53,688 nucleotides of DNA from an uncultured Bacilli bacterium (GCA_934177545.1 CAKPPI010000002.1:1-53688); one strand, 5' to 3'. Numbered from the stretch's first letter, positions 24,791 to 35,365 are shown. The notes: generated from the sequence alone by a model not told the origin. Numbers and translations are program-made.

Positions 24791-25764
24791 ATAAAACTCC
24801 TCCTAAATTCTTCTAATACATGTAGTATATCACAAAGATTAGTCATTTGATAAACTTTATTTTTTAATTGGTTACTACCCTCTACTCCTTTTAAGTACCA
24901 AGCAATATGATTTCTTATTTCTAAGACCGCTACTTTCTCATTTTTTAACTCACTAAGTAGTTTTAAATGTTTTATACACATATCAATTTTTTCTAGTGGT
25001 GTTACTTCTTTTGGTATTTCTTTTCCATCAAGCAAAGCTACTGTATCTCTTATTAACCATGGATTACCTAATACTCCTCTACCTATCATTACTGCATCAC
25101 AGCCAGTCTCTTCTAACATTTGTTTAGCAAGATAAGGACTAGTTATATCTCCATTTCCTATTACAGGGATAGAAACACTTTCTTTAACTTGTTTTATTAT
25201 GTTCCAATCAGCTTTTCCACTATATCCTTGTTTTCTAGTTCTTGGATGAACACAAATAGCACTAGCTCCTGCTTCTTCACAAATCTTAGCTATAGCAACA
25301 GCATTGATAGAATCACTATCCCAACCACTTCTTATCTTAACTGTTACAGGACACTTAACATTATTAACTACTTCTTTAACTATTTCTTTTACTTTTAAAG
25401 GATCTTTTAATAAGGCACTACCTGCTTGAGCTCTAACTGCTACCTTTGGAACAGGACATCCCATATTTATATCAATTATATCAGGATGCATATTTTCTTC
25501 TATATATTTAGCAGCTATTACAAAACTATCTACATCACTACCAAATATCTGTTGAGTAATAGGTCGTTCTTCTTCACTCATATATAACATATCAATAGTT
25601 TTTTGATTATCATAGCAAATAGCTTTATCACTAACCATTTCAGCATATATTAGACCACAACCCATCTCTTTTATAATTCTTCGATAAGCACTATTACAAA
25701 TACCAGCCATAGGTGCTAATACTACTTGGTTAGCTATTTCAACATCTCTTATTTTCCACTTCAT
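24787..25764 (-). CDS. dusB: tRNA-dihydrouridine synthase
   Basis: 325 aa. LAPMAGICNSAYRRI, IDINMGCPVPKV, VTVKIRSGWD and HPRTRKQGYSGKADW form the conserved Dus FMN TIM-barrel motif series. Confidence 0.93.
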   Translation of the reverse strand: MKWKIRDVEIANQVVLAPMAGICNSAYRRIIKEMGCGLIYAEMVSDKAICYDNQKTIDMLYMSEEERPITQQIFGSDVDSFVIAAKYIEENMHPDIIDINMGCPVPKVAVRAQAGSALLKDPLKVKEIVKEVVNNVKCPVTVKIRSGWDSDSINAVAIAKICEEAGASAICVHPRTRKQGYSGKADWNIIKQVKESVSIPVIGNGDITSPYLAKQMLEETGCDAVMIGRGVLGNPWLIRDTVALLDGKEIPKEVTPLEKIDMCIKHLKLLSELKNEKVAVLEIRNHIAWYLKGVEGSNQLKNKVYQMTNLCDILHVLEEFRRSFI

Positions 25765-25775
25765 AATTTTCCCCT

Positions 25776-26789
25776 TTATATTAGTTTTTTAATCTTACTT
25801 TTCTTACTCCTATTTTCACTCTTAGTTTCTAATAATAATTTAGTCATATATAAGTTTTCTAACAATGTGTTTTCTAGTCTTATATTATTTTCTTTTCTAA
25901 CTTTATTTATAGCACTGTTTGTCAAAAAGGTTAAACAGTCATAAAATGAGTAATCATCAATATCTTTTTCTGACAACTCTAAAGTTTCTATGTCATCTAT
26001 AGCAGTATCTATTGGTATAATATGTCCCTTATTATATCTATTATTATACTCATTTACATCTTTTTCTAAATCCATAATACTACTTTTATTTAGAAATCTT
26101 CCAGTACCTTCTTCTTTATCATAGAACGGGTTAAGTTTAAGTATTTTATCATTATTACAATAATCAACTAATGCTAGTCCATAAATCGTTTCAAATACTA
26201 GATGGTCTCCACTTTTAACTTTGTCAGCAGTATCTTCTACTTTCTTTATTACTTTATCTACTATAGATTTGTCTTCTTTGGTAGTTTCTACTAATTCTTT
26301 AGCCATATAAGCATTAGATATTAATAGACTACTAATTGAATCACCTATATCTTTTAAAGTCAGTGAATACATCAAAATAGTAGAAATAGTAGTTATTCCA
26401 TCTTCTCTTAATAGTTTATAAACTTTTTCTGGTGTTCTTTCTTGTTTCAATTCATCAAAGTTGTTAAGTGACTGCAATAAGAAACTTTTAGAATTTTTAT
26501 AAACTGTCATTAAATCTTTTGAATCAACTTTATAAAAGAAACCAAACACTATTTTTCTTAACTCATCCAAATTATCATTTGAATCAATATTTTTATAACA
26601 GTAATTATATAAATATCTATAATATTTATTTTTTAAGTACTTACTATTTCTACCATATAGTTTATCTGATGATGATATTATCTCTTTTAAATAATCTATT
26701 GTTTCTTTATCATAATTTTCTTCATGAAACTCGCTTGGATTAGTCTTAAGAATTATTAATATTTCTTCAATAGTTTTATAATTCATCAA
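25776..26789 (-). CDS. Uncharacterised helical protein, tandem paralogue 2
   Basis: 337 aa with no TM segment or signal peptide. It aligns over its full length with 26808..27830 (LKTNPSEFHEENYDKETIDYLKEIISSSDKLYG, KIVFGFFYK, STILMYSL, SNAYM). Confidence 0.7.
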   Translation of the reverse strand: MMNYKTIEEILIILKTNPSEFHEENYDKETIDYLKEIISSSDKLYGRNSKYLKNKYYRYLYNYCYKNIDSNDNLDELRKIVFGFFYKVDSKDLMTVYKNSKSFLLQSLNNFDELKQERTPEKVYKLLREDGITTISTILMYSLTLKDIGDSISSLLISNAYMAKELVETTKEDKSIVDKVIKKVEDTADKVKSGDHLVFETIYGLALVDYCNNDKILKLNPFYDKEEGTGRFLNKSSIMDLEKDVNEYNNRYNKGHIIPIDTAIDDIETLELSEKDIDDYSFYDCLTFLTNSAINKVRKENNIRLENTLLENLYMTKLLLETKSENRSKKSKIKKLI

Positions 26790-26807
26790 ATCTCCCCTTT
26801 TAAAGTT

Positions 26808-27830
26808 TTATTTTTTATATAATTTTTTAACTTTTGCTATAAATTCGCTTTTTCTACTTTTTGGCTCTAATATTTTTTTAGATGTTGCTAAAGACTTTAA
26901 TAAATAATTTTCTACAGTAATCTTATTTTCTCCACTAATTTTATCTAGAGCAGTAGCAGTTAAGGCTGTTACACTTTCATACAATGAGTAATCTTCTTCT
27001 TTCTTTGGTGATGCTTTTAGGATTTCTATATCGTCTATTACTTCATTTATAGGTTGAGCAACAGCTCTATATCTCATAATATATTGTTTAGCATTTTCTT
27101 CTAATTCTTCAGTAGTTATCTTTCCCTTAATGATTCTTCTATCATCACTTTCTTTATCATAGATAGTTTTAAACACCATTTCACCAGTACAAAAATCTGC
27201 TAATCTTTTACCATATAAGGCAGTTGTAAAAGGTTCATCTTCCATTTTTACACTACTTACTAATTCATTAAATCTGTTTACTGTTTTTTCTAAATTGAAT
27301 TTGTTTGAATCTTTGGACTTTAACTGAGTTACCATATAAGCATTTATGCCCAATAATCCACTTAATATACCTACTTCTTTTACGTCTGCTAAAGCATACA
27401 TTAAAATTGTAGAAAATGTGGCTACGCCATTATCTCTTAAAAGAGTTTCCATAGATTCAATATTTCCACCTGCTGTTTCCTTATATTCATCTATCTGATT
27501 AAAAGAATCTTTTATAAATTTTGTAGCATTATTAAAAATAGCGTTTATATCTTCTGGATTTGCTTTATAAAAGAATCCAAAGACTATTTTTTTTAAATAA
27601 TTAATATTTTTTAATTCATCTTTTTCTGCATTACTATAAAAATATTCTTCCAAGTACCAAGCATATTTGTTTCTTAAATAGTCACTATCTTTACTTCCAT
27701 ATAACTTATCAGATGATTTAATTATCTTTTTTAGATATCCTAAAGTTTCTTTATTATAATTATCTTCATTAAATTCTAAAGGATTAGTTTTTAAATTTTT
27801 TAATATTTTAAATATTGTTTCATCTTTCAT
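26808..27830 (-). CDS. Uncharacterised helical protein, tandem paralogue 1
   Basis: 340 aa. It shares LKTNPLEFNEDNYNKETLGYLKKIIKSSDKLYG, KIVFGFFYK, STILMYAL, INAYM and a Lys-rich C-terminus with 25776..26789. Confidence 0.7.
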   Translation of the reverse strand: MKDETIFKILKNLKTNPLEFNEDNYNKETLGYLKKIIKSSDKLYGSKDSDYLRNKYAWYLEEYFYSNAEKDELKNINYLKKIVFGFFYKANPEDINAIFNNATKFIKDSFNQIDEYKETAGGNIESMETLLRDNGVATFSTILMYALADVKEVGILSGLLGINAYMVTQLKSKDSNKFNLEKTVNRFNELVSSVKMEDEPFTTALYGKRLADFCTGEMVFKTIYDKESDDRRIIKGKITTEELEENAKQYIMRYRAVAQPINEVIDDIEILKASPKKEEDYSLYESVTALTATALDKISGENKITVENYLLKSLATSKKILEPKSRKSEFIAKVKKLYKK

Positions 27831-27841
27831 TTTATCACCTT

Positions 27842-28276
27842 TTATTTAGATTGCTTTTTTAATAAGTCTCTTATTTCTTCTAAAAGTACTATTTGTTCAT
27901 CTTTTTTAGGCTTTTCTTCTTCTTTTTTATGGCCTAGTTTTTTATCAGCTTTATCTTTTAGACCATTAAGAATTTGTAACATAGTAAATATACAAAGAGC
28001 GATTATTAGAAAATCAACTACACTTTGAATAAAAGAACCATATTTAATAGAAGCATCTCCTACTTTAATACTTAATGAACTAAAGTCTAATCCTCCTAAG
28101 ACTACTCCTACTAATGGCATAATAATATCATTTACTAAACTACTTACTATTTTTCCAAAAGCTCCACCAATGATAACACCAATTGCCATATCAACTACTG
28201 AACCTCTACTTATAAATTTTTTAAATTCATCTGCTTCTTTTTTGATATTTTTGTTTACCTTTACTTTCTTATTCAT
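27842..28276 (-). CDS. mscL: Large-conductance mechanosensitive channel
   Basis: 144 aa. [34 protein letters not shown] is the canonical MscL TM1 region. A second TM helix and a charged C-terminal helix follow. Confidence 0.93.
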   Translation of the reverse strand: MNKKVKVNKNIKKEADEFKKFISRGSVVDMAIGVIIGGAFGKIVSSLVNDIIMPLVGVVLGGLDFSSLSIKVGDASIKYGSFIQSVVDFLIIALCIFTMLQILNGLKDKADKKLGHKKEEEKPKKDEQIVLLEEIRDLLKKQSK

Positions 28277-28326
28277 AAATTTTCCCCTCCTTGTTAAAAT
28301 TCGTATATATTTTACTAAAAAAAGAA

Positions 28327-30291
28327 CTATTTTTCAAGTTCTTTTATTATTTCTTCTTTATCCATCTTAGAATAGCCTTTAATTCCTTTTTCTTTTGCTA
28401 TTTCTTTTAACTTAGTTAGACTCATTTTTTCATAAGTTGTTTCTTTTTCTTCACTAGGCATTTTTCCATTTTCAACTAAGTAATCAATTTGTTCTTTAGT
28501 TAATGTTTCATACTCTAGTAAAGTTGTTGCTAATAGTTCTAATAAATCTCTATTATCTTTAATAATCTTAGTAGCTTTCTTATAACATTCATCTATTATT
28601 TTTCTCATTTCTGTATCAATTTCATGAGCTACTTCATTAGAGAAGTTTCTTGATTTATTATAATCTCTTCCTAAGAAGACACTACCTTCTTGTTGTTCTA
28701 ATTGCATAGGTCCTAAATCACTCATTCCGTATTCAGTAACCATAGCTCTTGCTATTTTTGTAGCTTTTGAGAAGTCATTTTCTGCTCCAGTTGTAACTTC
28801 ACCAAATACTACTTCTTCAGCAACACGTCCAGCAAGTAGACCAGTAATTTGTTCTAACAAATCAGTTTTAGTAGAACAAATCTTTTCTTCACTAGGAATC
28901 ATCATATTATAACCACCTGCAGAACCACGAGGAATAATTGTTACTTTTTGAACATCGTTAGCTCCTTTTAGTTTAATTCCTACTACAGCATGACCTGATT
29001 CATGGTAGGCAACTAGCTTACGATCATTTTCACTACGTGTTTTACTAGACTTAGCAGGTCCCATTAGGACTCTATCACTAGCTTCATCTATTTCACTCAT
29101 AGTAATTGCTTCTTTATTTCTTCTAACAGCAAGAAGAGCAGCTTCATTTAATAAGTTTTCTAAGTCGGCACCAGAATATCCTGGAGTTCTCTTAGCAAGT
29201 GCTTCTATATTAACACCATCAGCCAATACTTTATTTCTAGCATGAACTTTAAGTATTTCTTCTCTTCCTTTAACATCTGGTAGATTAACTGTAACTTGTC
29301 TATCAAATCTTCCTGGTCTAAGTAAAGCAGGATCTAGGACATCTGGTCTATTAGTAGCTGCTATAATGATAATACCTTCATTTTCACCAAAACCATCCAT
29401 TTCAGTTAGTAATTGGTTTAATGTTTGTTCTCTTTCATCATGGCCTCCACCAATACCACTACCACGTTGACGTCCTACAGCATCTATTTCATCAATAAAT
29501 ATTAGACAAGGGGCAGTTCTTTTAGCTTGTTGAAACATATCTCTAACACGACTAGCACCAACACCAACAAATAATTCAACAAAGTCAGAACCACTTATAT
29601 AGTAAAATGGTACATTTGCTTCTCCTGCTACTGCTCTTGCAAGTAATGTTTTACCAGTTCCTGGAGGACCATATAATAAGACACCTTTAGGTATTCTTGC
29701 TCCTAATTTTTGGAATTTCTTAGGATTCTTTAAGAAATCAATTAATTCTTTAACTTCTTCTTTTTCTTCTTTTAAACCAGCTACATCTTTAAATGTTACT
29801 TTATTCTTATCACTTGATAGTTTAGCTTTACTTTTACCAAAATCAAATGAGCCATTCTTTCCACCCATCTGCTTATTAATAAACCAGAAACCAACTACAA
29901 GTATTAATATCATAGGTAAATAATTAGCAATAAAAATTACTATAGAATTAGATTCTGGATCTGCTACTGCAGTAAACTCAAAATTATACTTATCACTAGC
30001 AGTTACTAGTTTTTTCATTACTTGTTCTGATAGTGGAAGTCTTACATAGAATGTTTCATTTTTTCCATAATTCTTTAGTTTTCCACTTACTTCATAAATA
30101 CTAGCTCTTTCTCTTGGTTTTACTTCAAGTTCAGTTACTTCACTAGAGTCTAAGGCTTTCATAAACTCACTATAGGTTAAATTATTAATTTTTTGATTAG
30201 CAATAGTAACAAAATAGAAAACACCAAGCATTATTAATAGTAAAAATACATAAGGAAGTAATCCCTGTTTTACTTTTTTATTTTGTATCAT
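28327..30291 (-). CDS. ftsH: ATP-dependent zinc metalloprotease FtsH with a C-terminal Rho_N/SAP-like tail
   Basis: 654 aa. It has two N-terminal TM helices, Walker [12 protein letters not shown], Walker [12 protein letters not shown] and the zinc site HESGHA. The last ~33 aa are [30 protein letters not shown]. Confidence 0.96.
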   Translation of the reverse strand: MIQNKKVKQGLLPYVFLLLIMLGVFYFVTIANQKINNLTYSEFMKALDSSEVTELEVKPRERASIYEVSGKLKNYGKNETFYVRLPLSEQVMKKLVTASDKYNFEFTAVADPESNSIVIFIANYLPMILILVVGFWFINKQMGGKNGSFDFGKSKAKLSSDKNKVTFKDVAGLKEEKEEVKELIDFLKNPKKFQKLGARIPKGVLLYGPPGTGKTLLARAVAGEANVPFYYISGSDFVELFVGVGASRVRDMFQQAKRTAPCLIFIDEIDAVGRQRGSGIGGGHDEREQTLNQLLTEMDGFGENEGIIIIAATNRPDVLDPALLRPGRFDRQVTVNLPDVKGREEILKVHARNKVLADGVNIEALAKRTPGYSGADLENLLNEAALLAVRRNKEAITMSEIDEASDRVLMGPAKSSKTRSENDRKLVAYHESGHAVVGIKLKGANDVQKVTIIPRGSAGGYNMMIPSEEKICSTKTDLLEQITGLLAGRVAEEVVFGEVTTGAENDFSKATKIARAMVTEYGMSDLGPMQLEQQEGSVFLGRDYNKSRNFSNEVAHEIDTEMRKIIDECYKKATKIIKDNRDLLELLATTLLEYETLTKEQIDYLVENGKMPSEEKETTYEKMSLTKLKEIAKEKGIKGYSKMDKEEIIKELEK

Positions 30292-30312
30292 AATACACTA
30301 TCTCTCCTTTAA

Positions 30313-31629
30313 CTATTCATATTTCAGTATTATATCATAGAATTCATCTTTTTTCTTATCATATTTGGTTTTTTTAATACCTGGCAAAAAGACTATTTGA
30401 TTCTTACTATCAACTACGACAGGCCATAAATCTCTATCTTTTAAAGGTATCTTTTCATCTATAAATATTTTCTTTAATTTTTTATGTCCACCATTTTTTA
30501 TTACTAAGGTATCACCATATTCTCTAGTTCTAACTCTTAGAGGTAGTGTTAATTCTTTACTAGATAATCTAGTCATATAATTACTATTACCACTATCTTC
30601 TTCTACTATTTTTAGAACATGACCATTAGGTAACTTAGCATAATTAGATAATTCTATTTCATAAGAATCTATTATTTCTGTATTTCTTTCAAATTCTATA
30701 GTATTATAGCTCTTTCTAATAACTACATCATTAGGAAAGTTTAATTTAACATTAGCTCTTCTAGAAGATATTATTTTAAAGATAGCGTCTAAATGTTTAT
30801 CTGATATTAAGACTAAGTCATCTTGATAAAATCTTTTTAGTATCTCTTCTAGTACTAACTTTTGAATAATTGTATCTAAATCATTAAATGGTTCGATTAA
30901 TAATTTATCATGACTTACTACTTTGGTCAAGGCTTTTTCTACCTCTTTATGAAGATAAGAAGAAACCTCATCTAGTGTTTGATGAAACTTAATAAATTTC
31001 TGTTCTACTTTACTATCTTCTTTCTTCAAAAATGGTAATACTTCTTTACGATAACGGTTTCTTGTATAAACAGAACTGTTATTAGAAGCATCTATAGCAT
31101 AAGGTATTTTATATTTATGATCATAGTCTAAAAGTTTAGATTTAGTAATAGCAAAGAATGGTCTATAGATAGTATAAGTGTTCATATTTACTACCTTTTT
31201 AAAGCCTGAATAACCATATATATTAGAACCTCTTACTATTCGCATAAGAATTGTTTCCATTAAGTCATCAGCATGATGGGCCGTCATCAAATATTTAGCT
31301 TGATATTTATTAACTATCTCTTCAAAGAAGTTATATCTTATATTCCTAGCTTCATTATGAAAGTTGTCATCTCCATAGTTTTTAATTTTCATATACTCAA
31401 AAGTAACATTATGTTTCTTACAGTATTCTTCTAATAATACTTTTTCTTCTTCACTTTCTTTTCTTTTACCATGATTTACATGAGCACAGATAAGTTTTAT
31501 ATCTATCTTCTTTTTAAGAGTCAATAAGGTATGAAATAAAGCCATAGAGTCTGGTCCATAACTACATCCAAATACTATTACATCTCCATCTTTAATTTTT
31601 ACATCTTTATAAAGTAATTCTACATCCAT
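30313..31629 (-). CDS. tilS: tRNA(Ile)-lysidine synthetase
   Basis: 438 aa. It has a PP-loop variant (VFGCSYGPDSMAL), HVNHGKR, and a C-terminal TilS substrate-binding region (GHKKLKKIFIDEKIP). Confidence 0.9.
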   Translation of the reverse strand: MDVELLYKDVKIKDGDVIVFGCSYGPDSMALFHTLLTLKKKIDIKLICAHVNHGKRKESEEEKVLLEEYCKKHNVTFEYMKIKNYGDDNFHNEARNIRYNFFEEIVNKYQAKYLMTAHHADDLMETILMRIVRGSNIYGYSGFKKVVNMNTYTIYRPFFAITKSKLLDYDHKYKIPYAIDASNNSSVYTRNRYRKEVLPFLKKEDSKVEQKFIKFHQTLDEVSSYLHKEVEKALTKVVSHDKLLIEPFNDLDTIIQKLVLEEILKRFYQDDLVLISDKHLDAIFKIISSRRANVKLNFPNDVVIRKSYNTIEFERNTEIIDSYEIELSNYAKLPNGHVLKIVEEDSGNSNYMTRLSSKELTLPLRVRTREYGDTLVIKNGGHKKLKKIFIDEKIPLKDRDLWPVVVDSKNQIVFLPGIKKTKYDKKKDEFYDIILKYE

Positions 31630-31653
31630 ATTTTCACCTCAACAAAAGAATAC

Positions 31654-31962
31654 CTATTTATCTTCAGGTATTCTAAGAATATATTCTCCATCTTTTGAAT
31701 AATAATACTTTTCTCTTGCATACCTTGCTACATAGTCTTTATCTTGTAATTTTTCTACATCAGCTTTTAATTCACTTTCTTTATCTTTTAGGCTAGCAAG
31801 TTCTTTAGTTAATTCTTTCTTTTCTTTATATTTACTATAGATAGTAACCCAGTACTTTCCAACAGTATAGGTTGTGAATATTATCATAGCAAGAGAAAAA
31901 ACACATAGAAAAAATGGTCCCATCTTCTTTTTCTTCTTTTTTTTAGCCATAATATCACCCAC
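31654..31962 (-). CDS. divIC: Septum formation initiator family protein (DivIC/FtsB)
   Basis: 102 aa. A poly-Lys N-terminus is followed by a single TM helix, a coiled coil (LASLKDKESELKADVEKLQ) and the conserved DYVARYAREKYYYSKDGEYI tail. The true start may be the internal MAKKK. Confidence 0.8.
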   Translation of the reverse strand: MGDIMAKKKKKKKMGPFFLCVFSLAMIIFTTYTVGKYWVTIYSKYKEKKELTKELASLKDKESELKADVEKLQDKDYVARYAREKYYYSKDGEYILRIPEDK

Positions 31963-32009
31963 TTTTCCTGATAATATTATAGACTTTTTTTAAGTTTTTT
32001 GCAAATTAA

Positions 32010-32300
32010 CTATGGTCTTTTTAGTCTTCTTGACATAAATATTTGTATTTTTCTATATGAAAATATATATCCTAAAAAAATAAGAACATAAAATAAGGGG
32101 TGAATCTCGCCATAATTAATTTTTTTCATAAGAAGAAAGTAGATAAGTGCCATATCTAGTGAAAATATAAAGTTACCAATTACTCTAATGATTTTTTTAC
32201 TTTCAAATAAAAACTTATACTGGAGAGAAATTAGAAATGATAGAAAGATACCATAAAAAAAGGAAAAAGAAATTGATATTATTTGTAGTTTTAAATTCAT
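32010..32300 (-). CDS. yabQ: Spore cortex biosynthesis protein YabQ
   Basis: 96 aa with three TM helices. It is coupled to yabP by an ATG/stop overlap, in the conserved yabP-yabQ-divIC order. Confidence 0.7.
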   Translation of the reverse strand: MNLKLQIISISFSFFYGIFLSFLISLQYKFLFESKKIIRVIGNFIFSLDMALIYFLLMKKINYGEIHPLFYVLIFLGYIFSYRKIQIFMSRRLKRP

Positions 32301-32596
32301 TATTTAAACAGTCTTTGAAAGATACTACTTCCATCCTTTTCTTTTTTAGAATTATCATCAATATACGTAAAGCCATTTACAATTCCTTTGATAGAAACAT
32401 TACCTGATATAGTATCTAGTTTTATTAATTCCAAGCCATCACCTTTCACCACTAGAAACCCCATAGTAGTTTCTATTAAAAATTCTTCTTTATCAAAGTT
32501 TTCTATCTTTTTAACTCCAGTTATTAAGAGATTCTTTCTCTCCGTTAAAGTGATACTATGATTGTAGTTGCTTATAATTGATTCTTTAGTTTCCAT
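32300..32596 (-). CDS. yabP: Sporulation protein YabP
   Basis: 98 aa. HSITLTERKNLLITGVKKIENFDKEEFLIETTMGFLVVKGDGLELIKLD matches the YabP/YqfC beta-barrel family pattern. Confidence 0.88.
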   Translation of the reverse strand: METKESIISNYNHSITLTERKNLLITGVKKIENFDKEEFLIETTMGFLVVKGDGLELIKLDTISGNVSIKGIVNGFTYIDDNSKKEKDGSSIFQRLFK

Positions 32597-32673
32597 TTAT
32601 TCACCTTCTTAGTTAAAGGTATGAATAATTAGTTAAAAAAAGAACAAAAAAAGAAGACTAAGTCTTCTCAAAT

Positions 32674-32943
32674 CTATTCTTCAGAATCCAAAGTATTTTG
32701 GTAAGCTTCTAGAATTTTATCTTGAAACATTGCTCTTACTTCAGGATTGATTGGATGAGCGATATCACGATATCCACCAGTTGGTGTTTTTCTACTTGGC
32801 ATTGCTATAAACAAACCATTTTCTCCTTCAATAATTCGAATATCATGAACTGCAAAACTATCATCCAATAAGACAGATGCAATTCCTCTCATACGAGAGC
32901 CTTCTTTGTCAACTTTTCGTACAGTGACTGATGTAATTTCCAT
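32674..32943 (-). CDS. spoVG: Septation/sporulation regulator SpoVG
   Basis: 89 aa. MEITSVTVRKV....MRGIASVLLDDSFAVHDIRIIEGENGLFIAMPSRKTPTGGYRDIAHPIN is near-canonical SpoVG. Confidence 0.96.
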   Translation of the reverse strand: MEITSVTVRKVDKEGSRMRGIASVLLDDSFAVHDIRIIEGENGLFIAMPSRKTPTGGYRDIAHPINPEVRAMFQDKILEAYQNTLDSEE

Positions 32944-33042
32944 AATCTTTCCTCCTTTTAAAGCACTGACACTTTATACTTTAATTCTATCTTATCTCTT
33001 TTCTAATTGCAAGAAGTTTATAAGTATTTTACAGGTTATACG

Positions 33043-33261
33043 TCAACTAATAATTTCTACACTTTCTGTTATTAAATCACTATAACTAAAGGACTTAATT
33101 GTGTCATTATCTCCTACTAAACTAACAATAAAAATAGATGGATAAAGTTTAACTATCTTTCCATTAAATTCTTCTATTTGATTACGACTACCGTTAACTT
33201 TAAAGTGAAGTGTCTCTCCTTCTTTTTCTCTTACTTTAGCTTTTATTGTATCTATATTCAT
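33043..33261 (-). CDS. veg: Veg family biofilm/sporulation-associated small protein
   Basis: 72 aa. The pattern ..LHFKVNGSRNQIEEFNGKIVKLYPSIFIVSL......KSFSYSDLITESVEI parallels B. subtilis Veg (..[31 protein letters not shown]...VSYSYADILTETVEL). Confidence 0.9.
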   Translation of the reverse strand: MNIDTIKAKVREKEGETLHFKVNGSRNQIEEFNGKIVKLYPSIFIVSLVGDNDTIKSFSYSDLITESVEIIS

Positions 33262-34037
33262 CTTGGATACCCCACATACATCGTTCCATTAGTGATTATT
33301 CCACCCATTCCAGCACTACCATAATGTGTTTTATCTATTAATGATATTAAATCTATTTCTTTGTTTACAGGAGATAAGGCAACACAGGAAGCTATAATAG
33401 CAGGATCTAGAGCATGTATATTTATTCTTTTTGGACTAGAAGCAAAATTACTACCAGCTTTTATTAACTCTTCATAGTTTGATTGACATGCTCCAGAGAT
33501 AATTATTAATTTATCCTGATTTTTCTCATAAATTCTAGCTTTCTTAATAGCATTTACAAAATTTTCAGAGTTTTGATAGTTCTCTATCTTAGTTTTATCT
33601 TTGGCATGTTTCTTTAAAAAGTCATGTCCTGTTATTACTACTATATCTGGTTTATATTTCTCTAATGTTTCTGTTATTACTTCTTCTATTTCATTTTCTT
33701 TTACTTTTATACCATATGCTTCTAGATGCATATCCTTATAAAACTTAATGCATCTATCTAAATAAAATTTATCAGAATCAAATTGAACTATTTTACCAGG
33801 AAGATAAAAGTATTCATTTCTATCTAATGAGATTAAGTTTTCTACTTTTTCTATGTCTGTTCTATCAGTTTCTTTTTTAATGGTTACTTTATTTAAATCA
33901 TCTAGTTCACTATCAGCATAAAGCCTAACATCTACTCCACGTAAATATGCTATGTCATCTTCTATATCTATTATTTGAAAGACTAAGTCATTATTATATG
34001 ATTCTCTAGTAACATATTCACCTAGTTTAAAATTCAT
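33258..34037 (-). CDS. yabG: Sporulation-specific peptidase YabG (U57 family)
   Basis: 259 aa. It sits in the conserved position between rsmA and veg. PDIVVITGHD, SGACQSNYEEL and the C-terminal HALDPA...GGIITNGTM.VGYP fit YabG. Confidence 0.85.
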   Translation of the reverse strand: MNFKLGEYVTRESYNNDLVFQIIDIEDDIAYLRGVDVRLYADSELDDLNKVTIKKETDRTDIEKVENLISLDRNEYFYLPGKIVQFDSDKFYLDRCIKFYKDMHLEAYGIKVKENEIEEVITETLEKYKPDIVVITGHDFLKKHAKDKTKIENYQNSENFVNAIKKARIYEKNQDKLIIISGACQSNYEELIKAGSNFASSPKRINIHALDPAIIASCVALSPVNKEIDLISLIDKTHYGSAGMGGIITNGTMYVGYPR

Positions 34038-34075
34038 GTAATCACCCAGTTAAGTTTATGCAATGAAGTTTAATT

Positions 34076-34870
34076 TTATTTATAAAGATTATTAGCTAAG
34101 GCAACAAAGATATTATATTCTAACTGTTCAGCTCTAACATTTAAGTCTAGATTATATTTTTCTAATACTTTGCTAACAATATTTAAGTCATATTTTTTTA
34201 AGTTATTTCTTAATGTTTTTCTTTTAAACTGGAAACTATCATGCACTAATTGTTGAAAAAATTCTTCATTTACTAAGTTTTCTTTATCTTTCCTTGGTTT
34301 AAATGATACTACTACACTATCTACATTTGGTTTAGGAATAAATTCTTCTCTACTAACTAAAAATTCTTTTTTTGTCTCAAAGTAATATCTTAATAGTACT
34401 GTTAGGGCTCCATACTCTTTCTTTCCTACAGGTGAAGTAAATCTCTCTCCTACCTCTTTTTGTACCATCATAACAATTTTATTAAAATAAAGGTCTGCGT
34501 TAATTAATTTAAATAAGATTGGGGTTGTTATATAATAAGGTACATTACTTATAAAATATAAGTGTTTATAGGTAAAGTCTTCTAAATCTTCTTTAATATT
34601 TTGTTTTAAAAAGTCTCCAAAATATATAGATACATTACTATCTTCTCCAAACTTTCTCATTAAAATATCTTCTAAGGTTTTATCTATTTCATAACACAAT
34701 ACTTGTCCTTTTTCTTTTAAATACTTTGTTAAAGCACCTGAACCAGGTCCTACTTCTATAGTTAAAGATTTATCTTTAATATCTGCTACATCTACTATTC
34801 TAGTTAAGACTCTTTCATTTTTTAAAAAGTTTTGACCAAACTTTTTCTTGAACTGAAATTTTTCATCCAT
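34076..34870 (-). CDS. rsmA: 16S rRNA (adenine1518/1519-N6)-dimethyltransferase
   Basis: 264 aa. It has KKKFGQNFL, the SAM-binding motif IEVGPGSGALT, and NVPYYITTPI. Confidence 0.95.
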   Translation of the reverse strand: MDEKFQFKKKFGQNFLKNERVLTRIVDVADIKDKSLTIEVGPGSGALTKYLKEKGQVLCYEIDKTLEDILMRKFGEDSNVSIYFGDFLKQNIKEDLEDFTYKHLYFISNVPYYITTPILFKLINADLYFNKIVMMVQKEVGERFTSPVGKKEYGALTVLLRYYFETKKEFLVSREEFIPKPNVDSVVVSFKPRKDKENLVNEEFFQQLVHDSFQFKRKTLRNNLKKYDLNIVSKVLEKYNLDLNVRAEQLEYNIFVALANNLYK

Positions 34871-34935
34871 ATATAATCGCTCCTTAATAATCTGTTACTC
34901 CCTTATATGATAACATAAAAAAAAGAAAAAGTTTA

Positions 34936-35364
34936 TTATTTTGACTTTTCCTTTGATTGAAACATAAATAATATGTTAGAAGCAGCTAATCCATATAACA
35001 TTATTTTCATATAGGCTATGAAGGTATTAAAATAGTTAAAATCTACTCCATAACCATACTTTTCATTAAGTACCATATTCTTATCAGCAAAGGCTCTATA
35101 GCCAACTAATATTATGGTAGCAAAAACTATGCATGATGTTAAATTGTAAAATATATTGCCATTTACTCCATCTTGTTTAAAGATAAGGTTGATAACAAAT
35201 AATAAGAAAAGTACTAGGAAGGGAATAAATTCAGGAATTACTGTACTAAAACTTTTACTAAGTCTTGCATTCATTCTTACAATAATGAATAGTGTTATAG
35301 CAAAAGCTCCTAATAATAATATATATTTTAAAATAGCAAACATTATATTTAATATTTTTTTCAT
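34936..35364 (-). CDS. Four-helix membrane protein, last gene of the SipW operon
   Basis: 142 aa with four hydrophobic helices. AGGAGG lies 5 nt upstream of the ATG, and the start is 1 nt after the upstream stop (TAAGATG). Confidence 0.65.
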   Translation of the reverse strand: MKKILNIMFAILKYILLLGAFAITLFIIVRMNARLSKSFSTVIPEFIPFLVLFLLFVINLIFKQDGVNGNIFYNLTSCIVFATIILVGYRAFADKNMVLNEKYGYGVDFNYFNTFIAYMKIMLYGLAASNILFMFQSKEKSK

Positions 35365-35365
35365 C

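Noticed and set aside
31921-31950. The A-rich run encoding the KKKKKKK tract at the divIC N-terminus, considered as a slippage or phase-variation tract.
   Set aside because: The run is interrupted by G residues, so it is not a pure homopolymer. Basic N-termini are normal for bitopic division proteins.
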